From contig NC_043004.1 in assembly GCF_006345805.1 (NCBI RefSeq), positions 51,398,001 to 51,462,000 of the forward strand: a stretch of 64,000 bases of DNA, in the 5' to 3' direction. Numbering within the stretch: the stretch's first letter is position 1; each line of letters opens with the position of its first letter. The notes beneath the pieces are model-generated. The model made no database searches. It was not told where the DNA came from and saw only the letters and a list, made by a program, of their open reading frames with translations. Both the position numbers and the translations under genes were made by a program. This document shows, one piece after another, positions 63,846 to 64,000 of the stretch. Source of the DNA: Octopus sinensis. Lineage: Eukaryota.

Positions 63846-64000
63846 CAAATTTGTTGTTAAAAATGTGCCTAACTTTGAAAAATTTGTAATTCATTGTTTA
63901 AAATAAATTTATTTACATATATACCAAACTAGCTTCAACAATATTTTTTGTTTATCAATGGGAAAAAATTAGAATTATGAATTAGAAAAACATCTTTAAA

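Overview
AT-rich, microsatellite-dense eukaryotic genomic DNA. The SINE families and repeat landscape suggest a coleoid cephalopod (Octopus-like); this is an inference from recalled repeat families. No host protein-coding gene could be called with confidence, and most short ORFs in the track are translations of (TA)n/(CA)n/(CAT)n microsatellites or SINEs. Supported content: (1) a very young, intact Ty3/Gypsy LTR retrotransposon of CsRn1 type (20893-26770, minus strand) with gag, pol, a tRNA-Trp PBS, a PPT, a 4-bp TSD and a -1 frameshift signal with a pseudoknot; (2) a tRNA-Ile(AAT) cluster with four identical intact genes and about ten decayed copies inside duplicated units, plus one tRNA-Arg(TCG); (3) Penelope-like element remnants, one with a GIY-YIG ORF and an inverted pLTR, and at least six distinct type I hammerhead ribozyme motifs (most in or beside these remnants); (4) RTE, R4/Dong and pogo remnants, non-autonomous Helitrons, hAT and piggyBac MITEs, and dozens of tRNA-derived SINEs; (5) an unassigned structured-RNA-like motif in three diverged copies; (6) a possible orphan spliced gene fragment. 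Coordinates were counted by eye, and the ends of degenerate repeats are approximate.
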